Source: Mycolicibacterium smegmatis (lineage in GTDB: Bacteria; Actinomycetota; Actinomycetes; Mycobacteriales; Mycobacteriaceae). Taken from it: a DNA stretch of 32,000 nucleotides. The stretch lies in contig NZ_LN831039.1 of the NCBI RefSeq assembly GCF_001457595.1, positions 3,960,001-3,992,000 of the forward strand, given 5' to 3'. The position numbers and the translations under genes were made by a program. Positions within the stretch are counted from its first letter, which is position 1. The number at the start of each line of letters is the position of its first letter. Below the pieces are notes generated by a model. That model searched no databases and was not told the origin of the DNA. It worked only from the letters and a program-made list of their open reading frames with translations. Shown piece after piece: positions 9,426 to 17,762 of the stretch.

Positions 9426-10157
9426 TTGAGTAACAAGGTGATCGTGACGGGCGGGGCGGGCGTGATCGGTCAGGCGATCTGCCGTCGACTGCTGCAGAGC
9501 GACTACGTCCCGGTGGCGGCCGATCTCAAGCCCGCCGTGGACCAACTCGATCTGACGCAGGAGAACATGACCGGCGCGCTGAAGGTCGCGATGGACGTCT
9601 CGGACCGCGAGAGCGTGCAGAGCGCGGTGGACTCGGTGGTCGAGGACGGCGACACTCTTTACGGACTGGTCAATTGCGCTGGCATTCTTCGCGATTCGTT
9701 CCTCGGCGAGCTGGACGAGGCCAAGCTGGAGCTGATGTTCCAGGTGAACATCGCCGGCATGGCCCGGGTGACCGACGCGGTGGCACCGCATCTGCGTGAA
9801 GGGTCCGCGATCGTCAACATCGGCAGCCTCACCGGGCACTTCGGCCGTTTCCGCGGTGCCTCGGTGTACGGGGCGACCAAGGCCGGGATCGCCGCCTACA
9901 CCCGTTATCTGGCCGAGGAACTGGCCCCCCGCGGCATCCGCGTCAACAACATCGCCCCCGGCGTGATCCGGGCCCCGATGAGCCCGTCGATGGCCCGGGT
10001 GTCCGGCGGTGAGGAGATCAGCGCCAGTTACGCCATGCTCAAGCGCATCGGCGAACCCGAAGAGGTCGCCGAGGCCGTCGAATTCATGCTCTCACCGCGG
10101 GCGTCGTTCATCACCGCCCAGACCCTGCTCGTCGACGGCGGGGTGGTGGCCTGGTGA
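9426..10157 (+). CDS. Short-chain dehydrogenase/reductase (FabG-like), SDR1
   Basis: VTGGAGVIGQA, NCAGI, YGATKAG (YxxxK), ITAQTLLVDGG. TTG start after a purine-rich stretch. Confidence 0.88.
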   Translation: MSNKVIVTGGAGVIGQAICRRLLQSDYVPVAADLKPAVDQLDLTQENMTGALKVAMDVSDRESVQSAVDSVVEDGDTLYGLVNCAGILRDSFLGELDEAKLELMFQVNIAGMARVTDAVAPHLREGSAIVNIGSLTGHFGRFRGASVYGATKAGIAAYTRYLAEELAPRGIRVNNIAPGVIRAPMSPSMARVSGGEEISASYAMLKRIGEPEEVAEAVEFMLSPRASFITAQTLLVDGGVVAW

Positions 10158-11437
10158 CCACCGAGATCCACACCCCCACCGCCGCGACCGACGGGATCGA
10201 CGTCGAGGCGGCCAACGCCACCGCGTTCGCTCGCCTCGACGAGGCCGACCCGTGGGTGATCGACGTGCGCCCCGCCCGCGAGGTGCTCCCCGGCTACCGC
10301 GACAACGTGGTGCTGACCTCCGGGGCGCCGATGCCGTGGTCGGCCTACACCGGTGGGCAACGCGAAGCCCTCATCGGCGGCGCCCTGTTCGAAGGCCTGG
10401 CCGCCACCCGCGAGGAGGCCATCGCGAAGTTCGACGACGGCACCATCGAGGTCGGGGCGTGCCACGATTACGGCGCGGTCGGATCGCTCGCCGGGATCTA
10501 CACCGCCTCCATGCCGGTGTTCGTCGTGGAGAACCGCGCGCACGGCAACCTCGGGTTCTGCAACTTCTACGAAGGCAAAGAACCCCGCCGGCTGAACTAC
10601 GGCTGTTACGACGCCGGCGTCCACGAACGCCTCGAGCATGTCAACACCGTGCTGGCCCCGGTGGTCGGCGAGGCCATCCGCCGCCAGGGCGGCATCGCGC
10701 TCAAACCACTCATCGCCCGCGCCCTGCGGATGGGTGACGAGGTGCATTCCCGCAACGCCGCGGCCTCGATCCTGTTCAACCGCGAGATCCTGCCCGCGGT
10801 CCTCGACATGGTGGGCGAAGGTGTCGCCGGGGTGCGCGAGACCATGCTGCACCTGGCCGAGAACGACTACTTCTTCCTGCGTCTGTCCATGGCCGCGGCC
10901 AAGGCGTCGGCCGATGCCATGGTGACCCCGGGGTCGACGCTGGTGTCGGCGATGGCGTTCTCCTGTCGCGGGTTCGCCATCAAGCTCGCGGGCCTGGGCG
11001 ACCAGTGGTTCGAGGGGCCCCCGCCGATCCACCAGGGCAAGCTGTTCGCAGGCCACAGCGAAGACGAGATCACCTGGATGGGCGGGGAATCCCCGATCAC
11101 CGAGACCATCGGCCTCGGCGGGTTCGCCCAGGCGTGTGCCCTGTCGCTGCAGGAGTACCAGGGCGGACTGCCCGAGGTGATGATCGAGCGCAACCGCGAG
11201 ATGTACGCCATCACCCACGGCGAGAACAGCACCTACCGCATCCCGCTGTTCGCGTTCCGCGGCACCCCGACGGGCATCGACGCACGCAAGGTCCTCGACA
11301 CCGGCGTCCTGCCGGTCATGGACGTCGGCCTGGCCGGACGCGACGGCGGGCAGATCGGCGCGGGCGTCATCCGAGCGCCGCGTGAGTGCTTCGCCGACGC
11401 CATGGCCGAGCACACCCGTAGATTCGGACGACCATGA
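10154..11437 (+). CDS. DUF1116 protein (YlbE/AllG-like)
   Basis: Recalled similarity to E. coli YlbE/AllG: GAPMPWSAYTGGQREALIGGALFEGLA, LAGIYTASMPVFVVENRAHGN, MGDEVHSRNAAAS, DGGQIGAGVIRAPRECFADAM. GTG start overlaps the SDR1 stop (GTGA). Confidence 0.87.
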   Translation: MTTEIHTPTAATDGIDVEAANATAFARLDEADPWVIDVRPAREVLPGYRDNVVLTSGAPMPWSAYTGGQREALIGGALFEGLAATREEAIAKFDDGTIEVGACHDYGAVGSLAGIYTASMPVFVVENRAHGNLGFCNFYEGKEPRRLNYGCYDAGVHERLEHVNTVLAPVVGEAIRRQGGIALKPLIARALRMGDEVHSRNAAASILFNREILPAVLDMVGEGVAGVRETMLHLAENDYFFLRLSMAAAKASADAMVTPGSTLVSAMAFSCRGFAIKLAGLGDQWFEGPPPIHQGKLFAGHSEDEITWMGGESPITETIGLGGFAQACALSLQEYQGGLPEVMIERNREMYAITHGENSTYRIPLFAFRGTPTGIDARKVLDTGVLPVMDVGLAGRDGGQIGAGVIRAPRECFADAMAEHTRRFGRP

Positions 11438-12228
11438 CCGTAGCCGCACAGACCGGACAAGCACCGACGAAGTCGCTCGCGTACACGTTCACCGGTGGCG
11501 ACGCCGTCGTCACCGGCGCAGCGTCGGGCATCGGTGCCGCCACGGCCGCGATGCTGATCTCGGCAGGTATCCGCACGATCCGCCTCGACATCCGCACACC
11601 CGAACCGGACCCTGGTTTCGGCGCAGACCTGCAGGTCTGCTGTGCCGCCGATGTCCGCGACCCGGATCTGCTCACCACGCTGCGTGGACAGGGCGCGCCC
11701 GTGGACACCGTGAGCTACGTGGTGAACTGCGCAGGCGTCATCGACGACACCGGATTCGCCGGTGTGAGTCGCGAGCACTGGCTGCGGTGCCTTGAGATCA
11801 ACCTGATGGGCGCCTACAACGTGCTCGACGCGTTCACCCCGGTGCTGCGGCAGAACCCACCGGCCGCGATCGTCAACGTCACCTCGATCGAGGCCGCCCG
11901 CGTCATCGCGCTGTCCAACCCCGATCCGACGCCGCAGTACGCCGCGTCCAAAGCCGGCCTGCGCATGCTGACCGAGACCAGCGCGCGGGCCCTGGCCGCC
12001 GACGGGATCCGCGTCAACAGCGTCGCGCCCGGATTCGTCGCGACGCCGATGGCCGCCGCGCACGGCAACACCGCGACCCTGCCGCCGTCGCTCGCACCGC
12101 GCGTGCCCGCGGGCCGATTCGCCCGGCCCGCCGAGATCGCCTGGGCCACCGCGTTCCTGCTGTGCGACCAGGCCACGTACATCACGGGTTCCGAACTGCG
12201 CGCCGACGGAGGATTTCAGCTGACATGA
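11434..12228 (+). CDS. Short-chain dehydrogenase/reductase, SDR2
   Basis: VVTGAASGIGAAT, NCAGV, YAASKAG, ITGSELRADGG. ATGA overlap with the upstream gene. Confidence 0.88.
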   Translation: MTVAAQTGQAPTKSLAYTFTGGDAVVTGAASGIGAATAAMLISAGIRTIRLDIRTPEPDPGFGADLQVCCAADVRDPDLLTTLRGQGAPVDTVSYVVNCAGVIDDTGFAGVSREHWLRCLEINLMGAYNVLDAFTPVLRQNPPAAIVNVTSIEAARVIALSNPDPTPQYAASKAGLRMLTETSARALAADGIRVNSVAPGFVATPMAAAHGNTATLPPSLAPRVPAGRFARPAEIAWATAFLLCDQATYITGSELRADGGFQLT

Positions 12229-13295
12229 CGCGGACACCCGTCACCCGGAACCCGGTGGCCTACGAGCCGGCACTGGGCCGCAACGCGCGCACCGGCGACT
12301 GGCAGGAACTGGCGCGCGGCACGTTCCGCACCGCGATCGAACGCGTCGAGGCACAACAGTGGGAGGCCGCGGCGCAACTGGTCGAGGTGGCGGTGCTCGA
12401 AGCCGAGGAACTCAACGACGTCTACCAACGCTGGCCGGCCGCCACCATGCAGTGGATCCGCGACCACGATGTCGCTCAGGCCGACCTCGACCGTGCCCTC
12501 GCACGCCTCACCGCACTCATCGGAGACCAGGCCATGGCGGGGATCAACGCCGAGTGGCCCACGTTCACCGACGCGGTCGCGGTGGCCGCCCGCGCGTGCC
12601 GCGACCAGGACCCCGCGGCCGCCGGGCTGATCGAGACCGCCCGGCAGGCATGGCAGCAGATCCACGACCGTGCCGTCGACCGCGTCGCGGGCATCGTCGA
12701 CATCGCGGTCACGCTCGTCGGCGAACCAGCGCTCGGCGAGCTGTGGGATTTCCTCATGGCCGACTGGTACGAAATCCACGAGCGCCGTTACGCATTGGAC
12801 AACCAGCCGTGGAGCGAATCAGCACACCAGCTGATGATCGCGATCGTCGACGGTTTCCACGCACATCTGGCAGGCACCGGGCGCCAGGGCGACATCGAAC
12901 TCATCGAGGAGCCCGGGCGCACCGGATTCCGTTTCGCGCCATGCGGATCCGGTGGCCGGTCGCTCGACGCCCGCATCACCGACGGGGTACCCCGCTCCGG
13001 TGCACCGTTCGGTTTCGCCGTCACCACCGAACCACACGACTGGGCGTGGAACACCGTCGGCATCTGCTCGTACTGCGTGCACTGCTGCCAGCTCAACGAG
13101 GTCATGCCGATCGACCGGCTGGGCTACCCCACCCGCGTCATCGACCCGCCCACGTGGACACCGGATTCGCCGACCACATCCTGCACGTGGTGGGTGTACC
13201 ACGATCTCGCCGACATCCCCGACCACGTCTACCACCGCGTCGGGCGCGATCCCGCCCGCCGGCCGAGCCCGACCAGAAGGAGTGCCGATGGCTGA
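12225..13295 (+). CDS. Hypothetical protein with C-x2-C-x2-C-C motif
   Basis: Starts at ATG 12225 (MTRTPVTRNPVAYEPALGRN), ATGA overlap with SDR2. Contains GICSYCVHCCQLNEVMPIDRLGYPTRVIDPPTW...TSCTWW. No family recognised. Confidence 0.8.
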   Translation: MTRTPVTRNPVAYEPALGRNARTGDWQELARGTFRTAIERVEAQQWEAAAQLVEVAVLEAEELNDVYQRWPAATMQWIRDHDVAQADLDRALARLTALIGDQAMAGINAEWPTFTDAVAVAARACRDQDPAAAGLIETARQAWQQIHDRAVDRVAGIVDIAVTLVGEPALGELWDFLMADWYEIHERRYALDNQPWSESAHQLMIAIVDGFHAHLAGTGRQGDIELIEEPGRTGFRFAPCGSGGRSLDARITDGVPRSGAPFGFAVTTEPHDWAWNTVGICSYCVHCCQLNEVMPIDRLGYPTRVIDPPTWTPDSPTTSCTWWVYHDLADIPDHVYHRVGRDPARRPSPTRRSADG

Positions 13296-14580
13296 CCACG
13301 TCGCGATGACGCAGCTCGAAGTCGCCGATTACGACCTCGGGCTGCGCGGCAAGCTGGTGCGCTCATCGAAGACGCACGGTGCGTCGGGCCTGGCGTTCTG
13401 CACCATCCTGTACGGCCTCTCGCTCATCGACGATGTCACCGACACGCCGTTCAGCAACGCCGCCAACGGCTATCCGGACGCCCAGCTGGTGCCCGACGAG
13501 ACCACCAGGGTCGCGCTGCCGTGGCGGCACGGCACCGACGCGGTGATCGCCGAACTCGTCGACGAGCAGGGCCGCCCGCTGGAGGTCTCGCCCCGCGCGG
13601 TGCTCGCCGGCCTCGCGGCCCGCTACGGCGAGCTGGGCCTGGCTCCCGTGCTGGGATACGAGTACGAGCTGTGGATCTTCCGCGACGGCGAGGGCACCTC
13701 ACCGCCGATCCTGGGTGGGAGACCCGCGCACGGCCGCACAGAGAACGCCTACAGCCTCACCCGGTGCGCCGAGATCAACGACATCGCAACAGAGTTCGTC
13801 AACCGGATGGACCAGATCGGCATCGAGGTCGAGATGTTCCACGCCGAACTGGGTCCCGGGTTCTTCGAGTTCACCCTCGCTCCCGAGACCGCGCTGCGGG
13901 CCACCGACAACGCCGCGCGGGCGCGGCAGTACCTGCGGGACCTGTGCGCCGAGCGCGGTCTGCACGCGAGCTTCATGGCCAAACCGTTCGCCGACAAGTC
14001 CGGTGCGGGCGGGCATGTGCACTCGAGTCTCACCCGTGACGGCAACAACGTGTTCTCCGACGGGGCGGGCGCGCTGTCGGCCGAGGGCAGCCGCTACCTG
14101 GCCGGACTGCTGGCCGGGATGGCCGACACGTCGCTCATGCTCAACCCACATGTCAACTCCTACAAGCGCATCGACCCTGAGATGTTCACACCGGCCCTGG
14201 CGAACTGGGGATATGACGACCGTGGCACCTCGGCCCGCGTGATCCTCCCCGATGCGAAGTCCGCCCGCGTCGAACACCGCCGCCCCGGCGCCGACGCCAG
14301 CCCCTACCTGGTCGCCGCGGCGCTGCTGGCCGCGGGTCTGCGCGGCCTGCAGGAGGAGTTGCCGCTGCCGGAACGGGACGCCGAACCGACCGAACTGCCA
14401 GGGGATCTGGCAGGCGCGCTGGCGCATTTCGAGAACTCGACCTGGCTACCCGATCTGCTCGGCAAGGCGTTCTGCACGTCGTACGCCGCGACACGGCGGG
14501 CCGAACTGCAGCGGTACGAGCAGTGGCTACGCACGACGATCACCGACTGGGAACTGCATCGACACCTGGAGCACCAATGA
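13288..14580 (+). CDS. Glutamine synthetase-like (putative gamma-glutamyl-amine ligase), GS1
   Basis: GYEYELWIF, HAELGPGFFEF, KPFADKSGAGGHVHSSL, NPHVNSYKRIDP, RVEHRRPGADASPYL. ATG 13288 overlaps the previous stop by 8 bp; the track start at 12952 is spurious. Confidence 0.88.
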   Translation: MADHVAMTQLEVADYDLGLRGKLVRSSKTHGASGLAFCTILYGLSLIDDVTDTPFSNAANGYPDAQLVPDETTRVALPWRHGTDAVIAELVDEQGRPLEVSPRAVLAGLAARYGELGLAPVLGYEYELWIFRDGEGTSPPILGGRPAHGRTENAYSLTRCAEINDIATEFVNRMDQIGIEVEMFHAELGPGFFEFTLAPETALRATDNAARARQYLRDLCAERGLHASFMAKPFADKSGAGGHVHSSLTRDGNNVFSDGAGALSAEGSRYLAGLLAGMADTSLMLNPHVNSYKRIDPEMFTPALANWGYDDRGTSARVILPDAKSARVEHRRPGADASPYLVAAALLAAGLRGLQEELPLPERDAEPTELPGDLAGALAHFENSTWLPDLLGKAFCTSYAATRRAELQRYEQWLRTTITDWELHRHLEHQ

Positions 14581-15956
14581 GCAGCACATCTGCACTTCTC
14601 GACCTCGACCAGTTCGAAAAGCTCGCCGCGGCAGGCGAGATCACCACGGTGATCTGCGCGGCGCCCGATCCGTACGGCCGCCTGGTGGGCAAGCGCCTGA
14701 CCATATCGGCCTTCCGGACGCTGGGCCTCGACGGCGGCGGCGTGAACGCCAGCAGCTTCATCTTCGCGGTCGACCTCGAGATGAACCCACTCGACCTCCC
14801 GGTGTCCAACGCCGCCAACGGCTGGGTGGACATCCGTCTGGTCCCGGATCTCTCGACGCTGCGGCGCGTGCCGTGGGAACCCACGGCGGCACTGGTGATC
14901 TGCGACGCCTACCACATGGATTCCGACGAGCCGCTGGCCGTCGCTCCGAGAACCATTCTGCGCCAACAGATCGACCGGGCCGCGCAGCAGGGTCTGCGGT
15001 TCAAGTTCGCATCCGAACTCGAGTTCTACCTGTCGTGCACCCCGCCGCGTCAGGCGTGGGACCTGGGCTATCAGAACCTCAAGATGATGTCGGACTACCG
15101 GTCGGACTACCAGATGATCCAGGCCGCGCGCGACGACTGGTTCATCGAGCGGATCCGCAACCAGATGCCCGAGTTCGGCGTACCCATCGAATCGTCGAAA
15201 CCCGAATGGGGACTGGGCCAGCAGGAGGTCACACTCGACTACTGCGACACCTTGGAGATGGCCGACCGCCACGTACTGTTCAAGTACGGCGTCAAGCAGT
15301 TGACCCACAGCGCCGATCTGACCGTGACGTTCATGGCGAAACCCAAGATCGACGAGGTCGGCTCGTCGTGCCACCTGCACGTCAGCATGTGGTCGACCGA
15401 CGACGACCAACCGCTGTGCTGGTGTCCCGAGCGCCGCGGCATGTCGGACCGCTTCGGCGCGTTCGTGGCCGGGCAGTTGCGTCACGCCATCGACATGAGC
15501 CTGATGTACGCCCCGACGGTCAACTCCTACAAGCGCTTCAAGCCCGATCAGTTCGCCGGGACCGCGATCGCGCTGGGGATGGACAACCGGTCGTGCGCGT
15601 TCCGGCTCGTGGGCAACGGACCGTCGTTCCGGGTGGAGAACCGCATCCCCGGTGCGGACGTGAATCCTTACTACGCGTACGCGGCGACCATTGCGGCCGG
15701 CCTCGACGGCGTCGAGGCGAACCTGCCCGCACCCGACATCTTCGACGGCAACGCCTGGACCCGCGAAGGTGTGGCGACCGTGCCGACATCGTTGCACCGC
15801 TCGCTGGACCTGTTCGCCGAGAGCAAGATGGCCCGAACCGCGTTCGGCGACGAGGTGTTCGACCATCTGCTGTCCTCGGCGCAGGGCGAGTTGGAGGCGT
15901 TCGACTCGCACACCGTGACCGACTGGGAGTCGCGCCGCTACTACGAACGCGTCTGA
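14577..15956 (+). CDS. Glutamine synthetase-like (putative gamma-glutamyl-amine ligase), GS2
   Basis: FASELEFYL, KPEWGLGQQEVTLDY, MAKPKIDEVGSSCHLHVSM, APTVNSYKRF, FRVENRIPGADVNPYYAYAAT. ATGA overlap with GS1. Confidence 0.9.
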   Translation: MSSTSALLDLDQFEKLAAAGEITTVICAAPDPYGRLVGKRLTISAFRTLGLDGGGVNASSFIFAVDLEMNPLDLPVSNAANGWVDIRLVPDLSTLRRVPWEPTAALVICDAYHMDSDEPLAVAPRTILRQQIDRAAQQGLRFKFASELEFYLSCTPPRQAWDLGYQNLKMMSDYRSDYQMIQAARDDWFIERIRNQMPEFGVPIESSKPEWGLGQQEVTLDYCDTLEMADRHVLFKYGVKQLTHSADLTVTFMAKPKIDEVGSSCHLHVSMWSTDDDQPLCWCPERRGMSDRFGAFVAGQLRHAIDMSLMYAPTVNSYKRFKPDQFAGTAIALGMDNRSCAFRLVGNGPSFRVENRIPGADVNPYYAYAATIAAGLDGVEANLPAPDIFDGNAWTREGVATVPTSLHRSLDLFAESKMARTAFGDEVFDHLLSSAQGELEAFDSHTVTDWESRRYYERV

Positions 15957-15999
15957 CCAGCAATTCGTTTCTCATTGCATTGATTCAAAGGAGCAAAAC

Positions 16000-16944
16000 A
16001 TGCCGATCGATCCCATTGCCCAGAAGATGCTCGACGACGCCAAGGCCTCCGGGCGCCCCAACGCGCACCTGCTGCCGGTGCCCACCGCGCGGGAGAACTT
16101 CGAGAACACGTTCGCGGCGCTGCAGAAGCCCGATGTGCACCGCGTCACCGACGTCGCCATCGAGACCCGCGACGGTGCGGTCATCCCGGGCCGGCTCTAC
16201 GTTCCCGCCGAGGGCGACGACCTGCCGTTGACGGTCTACTACCACGGTGGTGGCTGGCTGCTCGGCAGCGTCGACTCGCACGATGCGGCGACCCGACTGC
16301 TGGCCAAGGCCTCCGGCAGTGCGGTGCTTTCGGTGGGCTACCGCCTGGCCCCGGAGTCCCGCTTCCCCACCGCCGTCAACGACGCGATCGATGCCGTGGA
16401 ATGGGCGCGCGCGTTCGGCGCGACGCTCGGAGTCGACACCTCGCGCCTCGCGGTCGCGGGTGACAGCGCCGGTGGCAACCTGGCCGCCGCCGTCGCGCTG
16501 CACTACCGCGACGCCGGGGAACCGGTGATCCGCCACCAACTGCTGGTCTACCCGGTGACCACGACCGACCTGACCAAGGGCATGGACCCGGAGTACGACG
16601 GCGTGATGCTCGAACGTGATGAGCTGCAATGGCATCAGGACAACTACCTGCCGGGGCCCGATGCGGCGTCGGATCCCCGGGTCAACGTTCTCGGCGCGGA
16701 TCTGCACGGCCTGCCCGAGGCCACCGTCATCCTCGCCGAATGTGACCCGATTCGCCCCCAGGGCGAGCTCTACCTGCAGGCGCTGAAGGATGCGGGTGTG
16801 CCGGTGGAGAGCCACCTGACACCCGGTCAGGTGCACGGGTTCTTCGGCCTGGACGAGATCTTCCCGGCCGCCACCGCAGCCATGACATTCGCCGGGCAGC
16901 GCCTGGCGTCCGCGCTGGCCGTCGCCGGGCAGTCGACCCGATGA
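16000..16944 (+). CDS. Alpha/beta hydrolase, HSL-type esterase/lipase
   Basis: YYHGGGWLLGSVDSHD oxyanion motif and VAGDSAGGN nucleophile elbow. RBS AAAGGAG. Confidence 0.9.
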   Translation: MPIDPIAQKMLDDAKASGRPNAHLLPVPTARENFENTFAALQKPDVHRVTDVAIETRDGAVIPGRLYVPAEGDDLPLTVYYHGGGWLLGSVDSHDAATRLLAKASGSAVLSVGYRLAPESRFPTAVNDAIDAVEWARAFGATLGVDTSRLAVAGDSAGGNLAAAVALHYRDAGEPVIRHQLLVYPVTTTDLTKGMDPEYDGVMLERDELQWHQDNYLPGPDAASDPRVNVLGADLHGLPEATVILAECDPIRPQGELYLQALKDAGVPVESHLTPGQVHGFFGLDEIFPAATAAMTFAGQRLASALAVAGQSTR

Positions 16945-17669
16945 GCCGCACCGCGCTGGTCACCGGCGCCAACGGCGGCATCGGCTCGGCCACCGTCGCC
17001 CGGCTGGTCAAAAACGGCGTCGAGGTGATCGCGACCGATCTCGGCGAGCGCTCGGACACTGTGCCCGCCGACGCCGATTACGTGCCGTTCGATCTGCGCA
17101 GCGGTGATCCGCACGAATTGTTCGAACGGCTGGACGGCCGCGGACTGGACTACCTGGTCAACGCGGCAGGCGTGGCCCTGTTCGACCGCGACGGGTCGAT
17201 GCTCGACATCGACGAATCCATCTGGGACGTCACGCTCGGGGTGAACCTGCACGGGCTGCGCAAGGTCACCGCAGCTGCGGTGGAACACCTGCGCAGGGGC
17301 AGCGGCAAGAGCATCGTCAACGTGGCGAGCACGGCCGGTTTGCGGGGTATGGACTCCCCTCTGGACGCCTATCAGGTGAGCAAGGCCGCCGTGGTGTCGT
17401 TGACACGCGCGCTGGCCCTGCAGCTGGCGCCGGAAGGCATCCGCGCGAACACCGTGTGTCCCGGTGCGATCCTCACCCCCATGATCGACCACCTCTACGT
17501 CGAGAACCCGGCACGCAGGGTCGACATGGAGAACCGCACGCCGATGCGCCGCCTGGGTATGCCCGACGAGATCGCAAGTGCCATCGCATTTCTGCTGTCC
17601 GACGAGGCGTCGTTCGTCACGGCGACCGACCTGGTGGTCGACGGCGGCTGGACCGCCCAGATCAAGTAG
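16941..17669 (+). CDS. Short-chain dehydrogenase/reductase, SDR3
   Basis: VTGANGGIGSATV, NAAGVA, YQVSKAA, VTATDLVVDGGW. ATGA overlap with the esterase. Confidence 0.88.
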   Translation: MSRTALVTGANGGIGSATVARLVKNGVEVIATDLGERSDTVPADADYVPFDLRSGDPHELFERLDGRGLDYLVNAAGVALFDRDGSMLDIDESIWDVTLGVNLHGLRKVTAAAVEHLRRGSGKSIVNVASTAGLRGMDSPLDAYQVSKAAVVSLTRALALQLAPEGIRANTVCPGAILTPMIDHLYVENPARRVDMENRTPMRRLGMPDEIASAIAFLLSDEASFVTATDLVVDGGWTAQIK

Positions 17670-17701
17670 TCCCGAACGCCTCACGGGTGACGCCGCGGGC
17701 A

Positions 17702-17730
17702 TTGACAATCCCCTTTTTGGTCTAAATACT
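17702..17730 (+). promoter_or_regulatory. Putative promoter with embedded operator upstream of the Baeyer-Villiger monooxygenase
   Basis: TTGACA (17702-17707), 17-nt spacer containing TTTGGTCTA (17716-17724, reverse complement TAGACCAAA), -10-like AATACT (17725-17730). Confidence 0.5.
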
Positions 17731-17762
17731 CGACCTATAGATCTTATGAGACAGGAGTCAGG

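Noticed and set aside
10154-11437. Complete allantoin/oxamate (FdrA-AllG-AllH) system
   Set aside because: No FdrA, DUF2877, carbamate kinase or allantoinase in the window; only the DUF1116 member is present.
10028-11464. 478-aa - strand ORF antisense to the DUF1116 gene
   Set aside because: Shadow ORF; the DUF1116 frame has clear family similarity and overlap junctions.
12952-13287. N-terminal extension of GS1 in the ORF track
   Set aside because: Ser/Pro/Arg-rich shadow of the upstream gene. The real start is ATG 13288, overlapping the previous stop.
14304-15911. 535-aa - strand ORF antisense to GS2
   Set aside because: Antisense shadow; repetitive charged sequence without a domain.
14252-16231. 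659-aa + strand ORF overlapping both GS-like genes
   Set aside because: Alternate-frame artefact of high GC, with low-complexity Arg/Pro/Ala sequence. The GS-family frame has full motif support.
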